A stretch of DNA of 59,046 nucleotides, filler included, from 8 parts of 8 records of this genome joined end to end with filler, not necessarily neighbours in it, one strand, 5' to 3'. Numbered from the whole stretch's first letter, positions 41,832-53,099 are shown. Translations and numbers: made by a program. The notes: generated by a model from the letters alone, not told the origin.

Positions 41832-44135
41832 CTCATAGTTGTATCCGTTCCAGGGAACGAATCCCACAAGAAGGTTTCTTCCCAGAGAAAGCTCACCGTT
41901 CTTGGTGGAGGGTCCGTCGGCCAAAACCGTACCGGCGTCGACCTTCTCGCCCATTCTGACGATGGGCTTCTGATTGAAACAGGTGTCCTGGTTGGTCCTC
42001 TGGTACTTGATCAGAGGATAGTGATCGTTGATTTCGCCGCCCCCTCCGTCGGGAGAGACGATGACCTCTTCGGCCGTAACCTTGGAAACAACACCGGCGT
42101 TTTTAGCCTTGATACAGACGCCCGAATCATAGGCGGCCTTTCCTTCCATTCCCGTGCCGACAAGGGGCGCCTCGGGGAAGAGGAGAGGAACGGCCTGACG
42201 CTGCATGTTACAACCCATCAGTGCACGGTTGGCGTCGTCATGCTCCAGAAAGGGAATCAGGGACGCAGCCGTAGAGATGATCTGACGAGGCGATACGTCC
42301 ATGTACTTGATGTCTTCGGGGCTCTTGATCGTATAGTCGCCCGACTTGTGTACGGCGACCATCTGCTCGACGAACTCTCCCTTATTATTGAGCTCTGCGG
42401 AGGCCTGGGCCACGAAGTATTTTTCCTCGTCCATGGCGGACAGGTACTCGACATCCTTGGTCACCCGTCCGTCCACGACCTTCCGGAAGGGGGTTTCCAG
42501 GAATCCGTAGTCGTTCACCCGGGTGAAGTTGGCCAGGGAGACGATCAGACCGATGTTCGGACCTTCAGGCGTCTCGATGGGACACATTCTTCCGTAGTGG
42601 GTGTAGTGTACGTCTCTGACCTCGAACCCCGCACGGTCTCTGGAAAGACCTCCGGGACCGAGAGCGTTAAGCCTCCTCTTATGGGTCAGCTCGGACAGGG
42701 GGTTAACCTGGTCCATGAACTGAGACAGCTGGGAGGATCCGAAGAATTCCTTGACAGCCGCTACGATGGGCTTGATAGACACCAGGTCCTGGGGCTTCAG
42801 AGACTCAATCTCCTTAAGGGACATACGCTCCTTGGCGATCCTCTCCATCCTGGAGAAGGCGGTCTTCAGGGAGTTGGACAGGAGCTCGCCGACAGAACGG
42901 ATCCTCCTGTTTCCCAGGTGATCGATATCATCGATGGAGGCGTCGCCGTTGTACACCTTGATAAGAAACCCCATGGTGTTAACGATATCGTCCCTGGTCA
43001 GCACATGGGCATCACCGGGCTCTTCGTAGTCGAACTTCTTGTTCAGCTTGTAACGGCCCACACGTCCCAGATCGTAGCGTCTGTTGGAGAAGAACATGGA
43101 AACCAGGTCCTTTTCGGCGCTTTCTACGGTAATGGGCTCACCGGGCATCAGCACGGAATAAATAGACGACAGGGCGTCTTCCTTCGTGGGCTCGTCCTGA
43201 TCGGGATCGTCCTGATTGTATTTTGCCTCTTCGCGCTCAAAACAGTTGAGGATCAACGAGGAGTTGAGGGATTCGGGATGATCGAAATCGACGACCTGAA
43301 TGGACTTGATCTTGGAGTGAACCAGCTCGTCCGTATCGTGGGGATGGATCTTCTCGCCGGCGCGGTAGATCTTCTTCTTAACCCCTTCCACTTCCGTATA
43401 GACGGCGCGTCCGAAGACCATGCCCACGAGAGAGCCAGCTCCCTCTCTCTTGTTGTTAACCTTAACCTTCTTGATCTTATAGAAGGAATCTATGATTTTT
43501 TCTCGGGAATCCAGCCCCAGGGCTCTGAGGAACAGGGATCCGAGGATTCTTTTCTTTCTGTCAATCTTGGTGTAAACAAGCTCTTTCTTGGGATCTACTT
43601 CGAACTCGAGCCAGGAACCACGGTAGGGGATGATCCGCGAAGAATATACACCTTTCTCCACCGAAAAGATAACACCGGGAGACCGGTGGATCTGAGAGAC
43701 GACGACCCTCTCGGCGCCGTTAATGATAAATGTACCCCTGTCTGTCATAAGGGGAATGTCGCCCATATAGATCTCTTTCTGCCTGATCTCTCCGGTGGAC
43801 TGGAAAATCAGATTGATCCGGGCCTTGATAGGAACGGCATAGCTGAGACCTTTCTTCTTACACTCGGCCTCGGTCATCTTTACGCCGTTATAATCCAGGG
43901 TATAATAATCATAATCGAGAACCAGCTCTCCGTTGGCGCTCTCGATGGGGAATGTAGCCTGAAAGACCTCTTCCAGCCCCTGGCTGTTCATAGCCTGATC
44001 ACCCTTAAGGGCGTTGGTCTGCAGAAACTTCTCATACGAAGAAAGCTGTATATCTATCAATCCCGGCAGATCGATTACTTCCTCATATTCGTTACCGATG
44101 TAGCTTCGGCTAGCCGACTTATCCCTTTCAAACAC
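41832..44135 (-). CDS. rpoB: RNA polymerase beta subunit, 3'-truncated (spirochaete type)
   Basis: '[21 protein letters not shown]', 'SQLSQFMDQ', '[13 protein letters not shown]', '[15 protein letters not shown]'. Confidence 0.98.
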
Positions 44136-44156
44136 TCAAAACCCCCTGATATGCAC

Positions 44157-44191
44157 TTAACCACAAGGGCACACTAGTCCCTTGTGGTTAA
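44157..44191. promoter_or_regulatory. Strong hairpin in the rplL-rpoB spacer (possible attenuator or processing site)
   Basis: TTAACCACAAGGG-N9-CCCTTGTGGTTAA, perfect 13-bp stem. Confidence 0.5.
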
Positions 44192-44227
44192 ACGAGAAAA
44201 ATTCAATTCTGCAAATAACAGACAGAA

Positions 44228-44608
44228 TTATTTAACTTCAACAGTTGCGCCGGCAGCTTCCAGCTGTTCCTTAATCTTGGCAGCATCTTCCTTAGAAACG
44301 CCTTCCTTGATTACGCTGTCGCTTCCTTCAACCATTTCTTTGGCTTCTTTCAGTCCCAGACCGGTAATACCACGTACTTCCTTGATAACACCAATCTTCT
44401 TACCGTCTGCGAAACCCTTGAGAACGACGTCGAACTCAGTCTTTTCTTCAGCGGCGGCACCGGCGTCTCCACCAGCAGCGGGACCGGCAGCTACAGCTAC
44501 GGGAGCGGCAGCGGTTACACCAAATTTGTCTTCCATAGCCTTAACCAGCTCGGAAACTTCCAGTACGGACATGTTGGCAATTGCGTCCAGAATTTCTTCA
44601 GTTGTCAT
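44228..44608 (-). CDS. rplL: 50S ribosomal protein L7/L12
   Basis: 'EEKTEFDV', 'GLGLKEAK', '[11 protein letters not shown]'. Confidence 0.98.
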   Translation of the reverse strand: MTTEEILDAIANMSVLEVSELVKAMEDKFGVTAAAPVAVAAGPAAGGDAGAAAEEKTEFDVVLKGFADGKKIGVIKEVRGITGLGLKEAKEMVEGSDSVIKEGVSKEDAAKIKEQLEAAGATVEVK

Positions 44609-44728
44609 ATTATCTTCTCCTTGTAAAATAATTTATTTCGACGACGATAGCAATAACAACTAATAGAAGACTAACGCCGTCGTTGTATAAGTTAGACTGC
44701 GACCCTATCCAGGCGCAGCCTCTTATGC

Positions 44729-45259
44729 TTACTCGCTGCCCTTCGCTTCGGCCACAGCGGCCAGAGTGCGGACAAGCTTGGTGGTAACGCCGTTGAGGGC
44801 GAAAGCCACGTTCTGCACGGGCGCCTGCATGGTACCCATAAGTTTTGCGATAAGCTCGATCCTGGTGGGCAGCTTGGAAAAGGCCACGACTCCGGCCTCA
44901 TCGTACACATTGCCATCCAGAAGACCGCCCTTCATCCCTACGGGGGCGTCCTTACCGAAATCGATCAGAGTCTTGGCAACGGGACCGGCTTCTTCGCGAG
45001 CCATAGCCACGGCGGTTGGTCCGACGAACATTTCGTCAACACCTTCGTTACCAAGATCCTTCATAGCGATCTTGGCCAGATTGTTCTTAATGATATGATA
45101 CTCGGCATTCTGCTCGCGCAGCTTTCTTCTCAGCTCAGTGACCTGCTCAACAGTCAGGCCTCTGTAGTCGGTAAAGAAGAAGTTGCCTACTCCGTCGAAC
45201 TGCTCCTTAAGAGCGTTTACGGCATCGATTTTGCTCTGCTGTACTTTCTTCTCAGCCAT
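44729..45259 (-). CDS. rplJ: 50S ribosomal protein L10
   Basis: 'DYRGLTV..LRRKLR..KNNL', 'GPTA', 'LPTR'. Confidence 0.96.
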   Translation of the reverse strand: MAEKKVQQSKIDAVNALKEQFDGVGNFFFTDYRGLTVEQVTELRRKLREQNAEYHIIKNNLAKIAMKDLGNEGVDEMFVGPTAVAMAREEAGPVAKTLIDFGKDAPVGMKGGLLDGNVYDEAGVVAFSKLPTRIELIAKLMGTMQAPVQNVAFALNGVTTKLVRTLAAVAEAKGSE

Positions 45260-45262
45260 CTC

Positions 45263-45937
45263 TTACTCCTTTACCGCGACCTTAACGCCGGGTCCCATCG
45301 TAGAAGCCAGGGCGATAGACTTAACGAACTCACCCTTAACATCGGCGGGTCTTTTCTTCTTGAGATCGCTCAGGAAGACATCTACGTTCTCAGCAATCTT
45401 ATCGGCATCCATGGAAACCTTGCCGACGGCCAGGTGCACAACACCGGTTTTGTCGGCTCTGTACTCAACACGGCCCTGCTTCAGTTCGGCCAGAGCGCCC
45501 TTGATATCCATGGTAACGGTTCTGGTCTTGGGGTTGGGCATCAAGCCTCTCCTACCCAGGACGGGACCGAGCTTACCGACTTCCCTCATCATATCGGGAG
45601 TGGCCACACAGACATCGAAGTCAAGCCAACCGTCCTTGATCTTGGCAACGAGATCCTCGTCCCCGACATAGGCGGCGCCTGCTTCCTGCGCTTCCTTGGC
45701 CTTATCACCCTTGGCGAAAACCAGGATCTTCTTCTCAGCGGTAAACTGATTGGGAAGACTGACGGTATCACGTACGGAGTGACTCTTTTTGATATTCAGC
45801 TTTACGGAACACTCGACGGTCTCGTCGAACTTTGCGAAAGCCACGTCCTTGACCAGGCTCACGGCCTCAGCGGCATCGTAGAGCTTTCCGTCTTCAACCT
45901 TGGCCGCAGCGGCCTTGTAATTCTTACCTTTTGCCAT
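45263..45937 (-). CDS. rplA: 50S ribosomal protein L1
   Basis: 'AKFDETVE', '[11 protein letters not shown]', 'STMGPG'; start corrected to ATG 45937. Confidence 0.97.
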   Translation of the reverse strand: MAKGKNYKAAAAKVEDGKLYDAAEAVSLVKDVAFAKFDETVECSVKLNIKKSHSVRDTVSLPNQFTAEKKILVFAKGDKAKEAQEAGAAYVGDEDLVAKIKDGWLDFDVCVATPDMMREVGKLGPVLGRRGLMPNPKTRTVTMDIKGALAELKQGRVEYRADKTGVVHLAVGKVSMDADKIAENVDVFLSDLKKKRPADVKGEFVKSIALASTMGPGVKVAVKE

Positions 45938-45941
45938 CTGC

Positions 45942-46373
45942 TTAACCCTCCACCTTGATACCCATGGAGCGGGCGGTACCGGAAATGATATTGATAGCGG
46001 CATCAATGTCGTTCGCATTCAGGTCGGGCATCTTGGTTTCGGCGATTTCCTGAACCTGGGCGCGGGTTACCGTTGCTACCTTGGTCTTGTGAGACTCGGG
46101 AGAACCCTTGTCGATCTTCGCGGCCTTCTTCAGAAGGACGGAAGCGGGAGGAGTCTTGGTGACAAACGTAAAACTTCTGTCATTGTATACTGTAATCACT
46201 ACAGGAATCGTGAGTCCCGGCTCGAAGTTCTTGGTTCTGTCATTGAACTGCTGAACAAACTGAGGAGCGGGAACACCATGAGGACCGAGGGCCGGTCCTA
46301 CAGGAGGTGCCGGTGTTGCTTTCTGAGCAGGCACCTGGAGCTTAATAAAAGCTGTTACCTTTTTCTTGGCCAT
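45942..46373 (-). CDS. rplK: 50S ribosomal protein L11
   Basis: '[12 protein letters not shown]', 'KTPPAS', 'GTARSMG'. Confidence 0.98.
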   Translation of the reverse strand: MAKKKVTAFIKLQVPAQKATPAPPVGPALGPHGVPAPQFVQQFNDRTKNFEPGLTIPVVITVYNDRSFTFVTKTPPASVLLKKAAKIDKGSPESHKTKVATVTRAQVQEIAETKMPDLNANDIDAAINIISGTARSMGIKVEG

Positions 46374-46385
46374 TTAAATCTCCTT

Positions 46386-46422
46386 GTGGTACTAACATTC
46401 CCCAACACGGGGGAACTCCCAT
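46386..46422 (-). promoter_or_regulatory. Putative L1-binding autoregulatory leader of rplK-rplA
   Basis: mRNA UGGGAG-UUCCCC-cguguu-GGGGAA-uguuagu-ACCAC directly before the AAGGAG RBS of rplK. Confidence 0.55.
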
Positions 46423-46467
46423 CTATATAAACAGCATCCTCTCATCCTGAAACGAGAGCTGCCGCCT

Positions 46468-47022
46468 CTAGATCTTTTCGACCTGAGAAAAGTCAACTTC
46501 CACGGGGGTACTTCTTCCGAAGATACCGACCATAACGCGAAGTTTACCCTTCTCCTGATTCACTTCTTCAATATTACCGGAGAAAGACTCAAAAGGTCCA
46601 TCGGTCACGCGGACTTCTTCTCCGACAGAAAAATCCTGTTTGGACTGGAAACGGGGTTCGGCCTTGATGGCACCGGTCTTCTGAAGAATAGACCTGGCCT
46701 CATCCTGACTGATAGGCTGGGGCTTGGAGCCCGAGGCGTAACCGACGAAGCCAACGACGCTTTGGATCTTTTTAATCTGCGTACAAACGGCCTTCCATCC
46801 GCGATCAGGAAGATCCATCTCCAGCAGAACATAGCCGGGCAGGAACTTCTTGGAAACCGTACGCTTCTTTCCGTTGCGGACCTCCACAACGTCTTCAGCG
46901 GGAACCTTAACATCCAGAACGGCACCGCCCAGGGAACCATCCTCCATATACATGCGGATGTACTTTTCCACTTTATTTTCATACCCCGAATAGGTATGCA
47001 ACACGTACCAACCCTTAGCCAT
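46468..47022 (-). CDS. nusG: Transcription elongation/antitermination factor NusG
   Basis: 'WYVLHTYSGYENKV', 'LPGYVL', KOW 'DGPF', 'IFGRSTPVE'. Confidence 0.97.
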   Translation of the reverse strand: MAKGWYVLHTYSGYENKVEKYIRMYMEDGSLGGAVLDVKVPAEDVVEVRNGKKRTVSKKFLPGYVLLEMDLPDRGWKAVCTQIKKIQSVVGFVGYASGSKPQPISQDEARSILQKTGAIKAEPRFQSKQDFSVGEEVRVTDGPFESFSGNIEEVNQEKGKLRVMVGIFGRSTPVEVDFSQVEKI

Positions 47023-47048
47023 ACAACATCCTTAGCCGCGAAAGGCGT

Positions 47049-47228
47049 TTAGAAGATAAAGAAAAGCCCTCTCAAAAGAACGAAATCAACCACACCGAAG
47101 AAGAGAGCAAACAAAACCGTAGACACGAGAACAACCTTAGTTGAAGATGCCACGGAATCCCGCCCAGGCCAAACCACTTTCTTCAGCTCTCCGAAGCTTT
47201 CAGAGAAAAACGCCTTAATCTTATTCAT
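47049..47228 (-). CDS. secE: Preprotein translocase subunit SecE, 59 aa
   Basis: 'ELKKVVWP' plus one TM; ATG 47228 with GGGAG RBS; position upstream of nusG. Confidence 0.93.
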   Translation of the reverse strand: MNKIKAFFSESFGELKKVVWPGRDSVASSTKVVLVSTVLFALFFGVVDFVLLRGLFFIF

Positions 47229-47338
47229 CACGATCTCCCGATGATTTTGAGGTGATTTCACCCACCACCTCTTTAGACAAACAAACTCCGACGCAAAGGC
47301 CGGAGGTCTATCCAATCAGAAAAGAAAATTAAAAAAAA

Positions 47339-47383
47339 CAGGCCAGGTAGGACTCGAACCTACAACATCCGGTTTTGGAGACC
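47339..47383 (-). tRNA. trnW: tRNA-Trp(CCA), 5' part missing
   Basis: Minus strand GGT-CTCCAAA-ACC anticodon arm, GTAGGTTCGAGTCCTAC T-arm, CTGGCCTG acceptor 3' strand; usual position before secE. Confidence 0.9.
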
Positions 47384-47483
47384 NNNNNNNNNNNNNNNNN
47401 NNNNNNNNNNNNNNNNNNNNNNNNNNNTTAATTAATTAANNNNNNNNNNNNNNNNNNNNNNNNNNNNNNNNNNNNNNNNNNNN

Positions 47484-48519
47484 GTTGTTTAGCATCTACG
47501 TTGAGGGCAATGGTCTTTTTAATTTCAGAGCCTTTATTGGTATGTATCAGCCTTTTAAGAATGTTGTGTTGCGTGTGGCGATCTTCAGCAGGCAGGGATC
47601 CAGGGGTTTGCTGGGCCAGGTCAACGATTAAGTTGTTGACCAAAGCATTCAACTGATTTGGCTGCAGGTTGTCAATGGTTGCATTCAGCACCTCATTGCT
47701 CGATTCTGTTTGAGGCAGCAACGCAAGAAGTTTAGAGAGTTTGTCTGGGGCGAGGTTGGCAATGGTATTGGCGGAGGCTTCTATATCATCATGGTGCTGT
47801 ACATTGTTATTTGGTTGTTCATGGAGCGCGTTAAACAATGCGGAGGTAAGCTGTGCTGGATTGTCATGATCCTGAAGAGAGTCACTGAGAATGCTGATAA
47901 TAGGTTCTAGTTCTTTTGGTAGTGAACCTGCAAAAGGCGTGGATACACCTGTTTGCCCAAGTATAAAACTGGCCATTTCATCATCACTGATGCCTACCCC
48001 CGAGCCAAAACCAATTTGATCTTGGCTCACAACTTGTTCTCCCTCCCGTACTGCAACGTAGCGTTTAGAATCAGCGGAGACGGAAAAAATATTGGCTGAT
48101 TTTAAGAGATCTGAAAGTGACTCATTAATCTCTTTTTGCCCAAACAACGCGGCAAGAGTGCCTATAAAAAGAGAACATTGCTCTTGAGTGAAGGATTGTT
48201 TAAAGGAGAGAGAGTGAAGCTTGAGTTGTTGAAGAAAGGATGTCAAACCTACGATTTGAGGACGTGCCAACTCTTTTTCCGTTAGATGGTAACCGTTGAC
48301 AATAATTTTCTGTTCAGAAAGGGCTATGGTAACCTCACCGTCTTCGGTGGAATCAATAAGGGTCTTGTATGCTTGGTAGGCAGCCGTAGAATTTTGTATG
48401 ACCTGGGGGTTAGTTGGGGGATAGAGGCGTACTGTACGTAGTGCTGTGAAGAGCCTGATTGGAAACTCGGCAGCATGCTCGTTGTGTTCGTGCGCGGGAG
48501 AAGAGGAGGTGGTATTCAT
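47484..48519 (-). CDS. Hypothetical protein, 3'-truncated; N-terminus like deltaproteobacterial HEAT-repeat/HD-GYP-associated proteins
   Basis: 'LFTALRTVRLYPPTNPQV' N-terminal motif; helical body. Confidence 0.6.
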
Positions 48520-48636
48520 AGCGATTCAACTCGGAAATGCCGATTAACCCAATTTTAAAATTTTCCTTAGAGAAGATACAACAATCGTATTGGATTCGCA
48601 AGAAATGGTGAAACCAGGGTGGAGAGATTGTCCTGT

Positions 48637-50019
48637 TTAGCGGGACCCTACTTGGAAGAGGACTGTTTTTATGGTTTTGAAGATGATGAACAAATCCATA
48701 AAAATGGACTGATTTTTAATGTAATAGAGGTCGTATTCCAGTTTACGAAGGGCATCTTCTTCAGACGCTCCATAAGGGTAGCAGATCTGTGCCCATCCTG
48801 TAATGCCAGGTTTTACTGAATGACGAAGGGCGTAGTAGGGAATAGCTTTTGTGAGTTGTTCAACAAAAACAGGGCGTTCCGGTCGAGGACCGACAAAACT
48901 CATCTCACCTTTTAATACGTTTAACATTTGCGGAATTTCGTCGATTCTCACTTTTCTGATAAAATTTCCGACTTTGGTCACTCTGCTGTCGTTTTGACTG
49001 GCCCATACTGCGCCACTTTTTTCAGCATCGTTCCGCATTGAGCGAAATTTGATAATCTTAAATGTATGACCGCGCTCGCATACCCTTTCCTGCATGTAAA
49101 AAACAGGGCCGGGAGATTCGAGCTTTATCAGTAAAGCAGTAATAGCTGATATGGGAAGGGATATGACCAATCCTGTAATCGCAAGAATAAAGTCGATACA
49201 CCGTTTAGTGAATAACGTTATCTTTCCGCTGTCAAAACCTTGGGAAAAAATAAGCCAGGCGGGATTAACTTTTTCGACTAAAATTTTTCCAGTGAGTCCT
49301 TCATAAAAAGATATGCCGTCTTCAATGAGTTTTTTTTGCAGCTTAAAATTAAGAAGGCTCGTAATTGGCATGGTTCCACGTCGGTCATCAAGGGCAACCA
49401 CGATCCTTTCAATTCGATGGCTTAATTTTTGTGTTTCCAGGCTGTTCAGATCGGGTAAGACAGGGATTGACGTGGGAGTAAAGCATGACTTGGAAGAGGC
49501 AACAAAGGCCAGGAGTGAAAAACCAGAGTCACTGTTTGCCTGTATCTCTTTGTATATTTTTTCAGCAGTTTCCCCAGTGCCGATAACCAAGATTTCACGG
49601 GAGAATAGTTTCCTTTCAAGCACAAGATAATACAGTGATCGCCATACTAGAAGCGATACGCAAATAATGACGTAGCATGACCAGAAAATCTTAGATGAAA
49701 TGATCAGAGATGGAAAAACATAATACAAGAGACCGAGTACAATACAGCCAACTCCAAAAGACTGCATCATGCGAATAGCGGTGTCGGTTGTGGACCCAGG
49801 TTTCCTGAGGTCGTAAAGATCAAAGAAATAAAGAGAAACCTGAAAAACAACAGTGACTGTTGCGGCACAAATAATGTCTTGAACCAGCTCGATGAGAAAA
49901 ATTTGCCAACCGGAAAAGCCGATATAAACGAGCAGAAAGGAGGTGAAAATGAGGAACCCTTCTCCAAGAAAAAAGATAATTTTGCGAACAGAATAATATT
50001 TATTAAGAATTGTCGGCAT
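48637..50019 (-). CDS. Polyprenyl glycosylphosphotransferase (TIGR03013-like, PEP-CTERM/exosortase-associated)
   Basis: N-terminal TMs, 'VVALDDRRG', 'KFRSM', 'RIDEIPQ..NVLKGEMSFVGPRPERP', 'KPGITGWAQI', 'KLEYDLYY'. Confidence 0.88.
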   Translation of the reverse strand: MPTILNKYYSVRKIIFFLGEGFLIFTSFLLVYIGFSGWQIFLIELVQDIICAATVTVVFQVSLYFFDLYDLRKPGSTTDTAIRMMQSFGVGCIVLGLLYYVFPSLIISSKIFWSCYVIICVSLLVWRSLYYLVLERKLFSREILVIGTGETAEKIYKEIQANSDSGFSLLAFVASSKSCFTPTSIPVLPDLNSLETQKLSHRIERIVVALDDRRGTMPITSLLNFKLQKKLIEDGISFYEGLTGKILVEKVNPAWLIFSQGFDSGKITLFTKRCIDFILAITGLVISLPISAITALLIKLESPGPVFYMQERVCERGHTFKIIKFRSMRNDAEKSGAVWASQNDSRVTKVGNFIRKVRIDEIPQMLNVLKGEMSFVGPRPERPVFVEQLTKAIPYYALRHSVKPGITGWAQICYPYGASEEDALRKLEYDLYYIKNQSIFMDLFIIFKTIKTVLFQVGSR

Positions 50020-50123
50020 AATGGTTGTAGGGCAAGTTCAATCAGGAATTTTTTTAACTATTAATACAGGATAGCATACTCCATTTGGAAGTCAAGATAG
50101 CAACAGTTGGTGGGACGGTTTTA

Positions 50124-50711
50124 TTACACAGTGAGCATGTTGTGCTCGAGTAGGGTCGAAATAAGGTGGGACATAGGCAACCCTACAACATTGCTGTAAG
50201 ATCCGGCAATGGATTTTACCAGAAAACCACCGTACGATTGAATCCCGTACCCGCCTGCTTTGTCCATGGGGTCACCTGTGGCAACATAGGCATCCAGCAC
50301 TAAATCGTTGTATTGTTCAAAGATGACCTCGGTGACGACCGGAAAAGATACATCAATATTATGTGTGGTATGTTTGACGGAAACGCCGGTAATAACTTGG
50401 TGAGCTTTGCCTTGTAATTTTTTAAGGATGATCCGTGCTTCGTCTGTGGTAGCAGGTTTACCAAAAATTTCTTCATCAAGCATTACAATGGTGTCTGCAC
50501 CAATGATACATGCGTTTTCGTTTTTTCGGGCGATTGTTTCTGCTTTTTCTTTGGCCATCCGAACGGCGAAAGATGTCGATAATTCGCCGGGTAATGGGGT
50601 CTCATCAATGGTCGCAGGAATGGTTTGAAATGAGATGCCAAGAGATGCAAGGTATTCTTGTCTACGTGGAGATGCAGATGCCAAGATAAAGGGGGTTTGT
50701 TGTTTGAACAT
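50124..50711 (-). CDS. maf: Maf family nucleoside triphosphate pyrophosphatase
   Basis: 'ILASASPRR', 'GADTIV', 'GKP', 'DKAGGYGIQ', 'NVVGLP'; start corrected to ATG 50711. Confidence 0.93.
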   Translation of the reverse strand: MFKQQTPFILASASPRRQEYLASLGISFQTIPATIDETPLPGELSTSFAVRMAKEKAETIARKNENACIIGADTIVMLDEEIFGKPATTDEARIILKKLQGKAHQVITGVSVKHTTHNIDVSFPVVTEVIFEQYNDLVLDAYVATGDPMDKAGGYGIQSYGGFLVKSIAGSYSNVVGLPMSHLISTLLEHNMLTV

Positions 50712-50736
50712 GGAATAGGGGTAAAATAACCTGTAA

Positions 50737-51522
50737 TCAAGAATGGAAAAGTCGTTGATAATATATTTGTTCCAGAAAAAGACCATGGGCTGGTGCTGTC
50801 ATACCGGCTTTAGTTCGGTCGCCTTCCTTGAGCACGGTTCGCATGGAAGCTGGAGAGCGCTTCTCCTGGCCAATTTCAATGAGAGTGCCTGCAAGTATTC
50901 TAACCATCTGCCGCAGGAAACCATCACCAGTGATTTGGATGGACCAATGGTCTGCTAAATGTGAATGGAGAGAGCAGGTGGCATTGTAGATAGTACGCAC
51001 TGCACCGCGCCCTGTTTTTAAATCCCTGTTCCGGCTGCCAGCGCGCTCAAAACTTGAAAAGTCATGGGTGCCGATGATGGTTTGCAAGGCATCTACCAGC
51101 AGTAATGGGTCAAAAGCACCTGGAAAATGGGCAGCGTAGAGCCTTGCGGTAGGCTGTTGGAGTGGACCGGTGAAAAAGTCATAGCGGTATGTTTTTCCCA
51201 ATGCATTGTAGCGGCTATGGAAGTCGGGCTCTTCCTCACATGCCTCAAGAATCCGAATGTCTTGAGGCAGCATGGAGTTGAGCCCATAAGTAAAGGCTTT
51301 TAATGGTATAGGAGATGCCTTGAGCTGGAAATGAGCGACCATCCCCAAGGCATGTACGCCAGCATCTGTACGACCAGCCCCATGCAGGGTAATACTTTTT
51401 TTACAGAGCTGACCTAGTTGTTCCTCAAGTACTCCTTGCACGGTGATGCCGTTATGCTGGCGCTGCCACCCATGATACCTGGATCCATCAAAGGCGATGA
51501 GGAGACGAATGGTGCGAAGCAT
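50737..51522 (-). CDS. truA: tRNA pseudouridine(38-40) synthase
   Basis: 'FDGSRYHGWQRQ', 'AGRTDAGVHA', 'GFLRQMVR', 'TAPAHGLFL'. Confidence 0.96.
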   Translation of the reverse strand: MLRTIRLLIAFDGSRYHGWQRQHNGITVQGVLEEQLGQLCKKSITLHGAGRTDAGVHALGMVAHFQLKASPIPLKAFTYGLNSMLPQDIRILEACEEEPDFHSRYNALGKTYRYDFFTGPLQQPTARLYAAHFPGAFDPLLLVDALQTIIGTHDFSSFERAGSRNRDLKTGRGAVRTIYNATCSLHSHLADHWSIQITGDGFLRQMVRILAGTLIEIGQEKRSPASMRTVLKEGDRTKAGMTAPAHGLFLEQIYYQRLFHS

Positions 51523-52562
51523 CAGGGGAAAAAGGGTGCATGCATGAGGCCGCAGGTTTCTGGGAAATTATTCATCAGATTCATATTCTGGACGGCCTGG
51601 CCAGAGGCACCTTTTACAATATTGTCGATAGCAGACATTACAATAACACGGTTTGTTCGTGTATCAATCTGGATTCCGATGTCACAGCAGTTAGACCCTC
51701 GTACATGTTGCGTGGCTGGGGGGGTTCCGTTGGGCATGATCCGAACAAAAGGTTCTCCACTGTAGGTGTCTTCATACAGGCTTTGCAGGTCTGTAGATTT
51801 TCCTTGATCGTTTAGGGACGCATACACCGTACTGAGAATTCCCCTGGAGAGAGGGAGCAGGTGGGGTGTAAATGAAATAGTGACACCTGTCTCTGCAAGC
51901 AAAGAAAGTTCCTGCTCTATTTCAGGGATGTGACGATGGTTGCCTCCAACCTTGTATGGGCGGAATCCATCAGCCACCTCACAGAATAAACTGCCGACGC
52001 TTGCCGTCCTTCCTGCTCCGGAAGTACCTGATTTTGAATCAACTATTAAGCTTTCTGTAGCGACAAGCTTGTGGCGTAACAATGGTGCCAAGGCAAGGAT
52101 AATCGAGGTGGGGTAACAACCGGGGTTGGCTGTAAGCTCACATCCATTGATTCTATCCCTGTAGAGTTCCGGCAAACCGTAGACTGCTTGAGGTAACAGG
52201 TGCTTGCTCGAATGCTCCTGGTACCATTGTTCATAGACTGCAGCGTCACGGATTCGATAGTCAGCACTGAGGTCGACCACTTTTTTCCCTGCGGCAAGCA
52301 GTTGCGGGACAATGTCCATTGCTGTTTTATGAGGGACTGCCGTGAAAAAGAAATCAGCACGGTCTATGAGTTGGTCAGTGGAAAGATTTTCGCAACGAAT
52401 ATCTATGCGTTTCCGGAGGTTTGGGAAGACCTCTGACAACATTTGGCCAGCATATTTTCTGGAGGTGGCAGCCGTTAATTTGACTTCAGGGTGGGTTGAA
52501 AGGATTCGGGCAAGTTCAACTCCTGTGTAGCCTGATGCACCAACAATACCAACGTTTAGCAT
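51522..52562 (-). CDS. argC: N-acetyl-gamma-glutamyl-phosphate reductase
   Basis: 'GASGYTG', 'DLSADYR', 'NPGCYPT', 'SGTSGAG', '[14 protein letters not shown]'. Confidence 0.97.
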   Translation of the reverse strand: MLNVGIVGASGYTGVELARILSTHPEVKLTAATSRKYAGQMLSEVFPNLRKRIDIRCENLSTDQLIDRADFFFTAVPHKTAMDIVPQLLAAGKKVVDLSADYRIRDAAVYEQWYQEHSSKHLLPQAVYGLPELYRDRINGCELTANPGCYPTSIILALAPLLRHKLVATESLIVDSKSGTSGAGRTASVGSLFCEVADGFRPYKVGGNHRHIPEIEQELSLLAETGVTISFTPHLLPLSRGILSTVYASLNDQGKSTDLQSLYEDTYSGEPFVRIMPNGTPPATQHVRGSNCCDIGIQIDTRTNRVIVMSAIDNIVKGASGQAVQNMNLMNNFPETCGLMHAPFFP

Positions 52563-52607
52563 AACAAAGATCCTTTAGTGATGTACCTACGACGAGGTTG
52601 CAGCCAT

Positions 52608-52643
52608 AAAAAAAAGGGAGTAACGAAGAATTCGTTACTCCCT
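52608..52643 (-). terminator. Intrinsic terminator after rpsI
   Basis: GGGAGTAACGAA-GAA-TTCGTTACTCCC with an A-tract on the left (U-tract on the minus strand). Confidence 0.8.
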
Positions 52644-52693
52644 GAACATCTATACAACTTGTGGAAAACGGCTGTGAACCGTTCCAGTACCTA

Positions 52694-53086
52694 TTAACGC
52701 TTAGAGAACTGGAAGCGGGCACGTGCACCACGCTGTCCATATTTCTTACGTTCTTTAGCACGGGGGTCACGAGTTAACAAGCCTGCTTTTTTAAGCGGCA
52801 TACGCATTTCAGAGTCGCGGTCTTGAAGCGCTCTTGCAATACCGTGTACTAAAGCATCTATTTGAGCTGATTTTCCTCCACCTTTTACAGTAGCGTGAAT
52901 ATCAAATTTATCAGTGGTTTCAGTGACAGCAAAAGGTTTGGCGACCTTTGGCTCATAATAAATGTTACCGAAATAATCGACTAATGACATTTTGTTAACG
53001 GCCATATTACCGCTGCCTGGAGTAATCCAAACGCGTGCAACAGCTGTTTTTCTTTTACCGGTGGCGTATGTTCTATCCTGCGACAT
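52694..53086 (-). CDS. rpsI: 30S ribosomal protein S9
   Basis: 'TGKRKTAVARV', 'GGG', 'LTRDPR..ERKKYG', 'QFSKR'; start corrected to ATG 53086. Confidence 0.97.
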   Translation of the reverse strand: MSQDRTYATGKRKTAVARVWITPGSGNMAVNKMSLVDYFGNIYYEPKVAKPFAVTETTDKFDIHATVKGGGKSAQIDALVHGIARALQDRDSEMRMPLKKAGLLTRDPRAKERKKYGQRGARARFQFSKR

Positions 53087-53099
53087 GATGTTGCTCCAA

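Noticed and set aside
42021-44177. 718-aa plus-strand ORF
   Set aside because: Antisense shadow of rpoB caused by codon bias; no recognisable motifs
45938-46018. Extended starts given in the ORF track for rplA (likewise rpsI, secE, maf, cbiB, cobD, msrAB)
   Set aside because: Extensions overlap upstream genes or repeats, or lack support; internal ATGs match family N-termini and RBS positions
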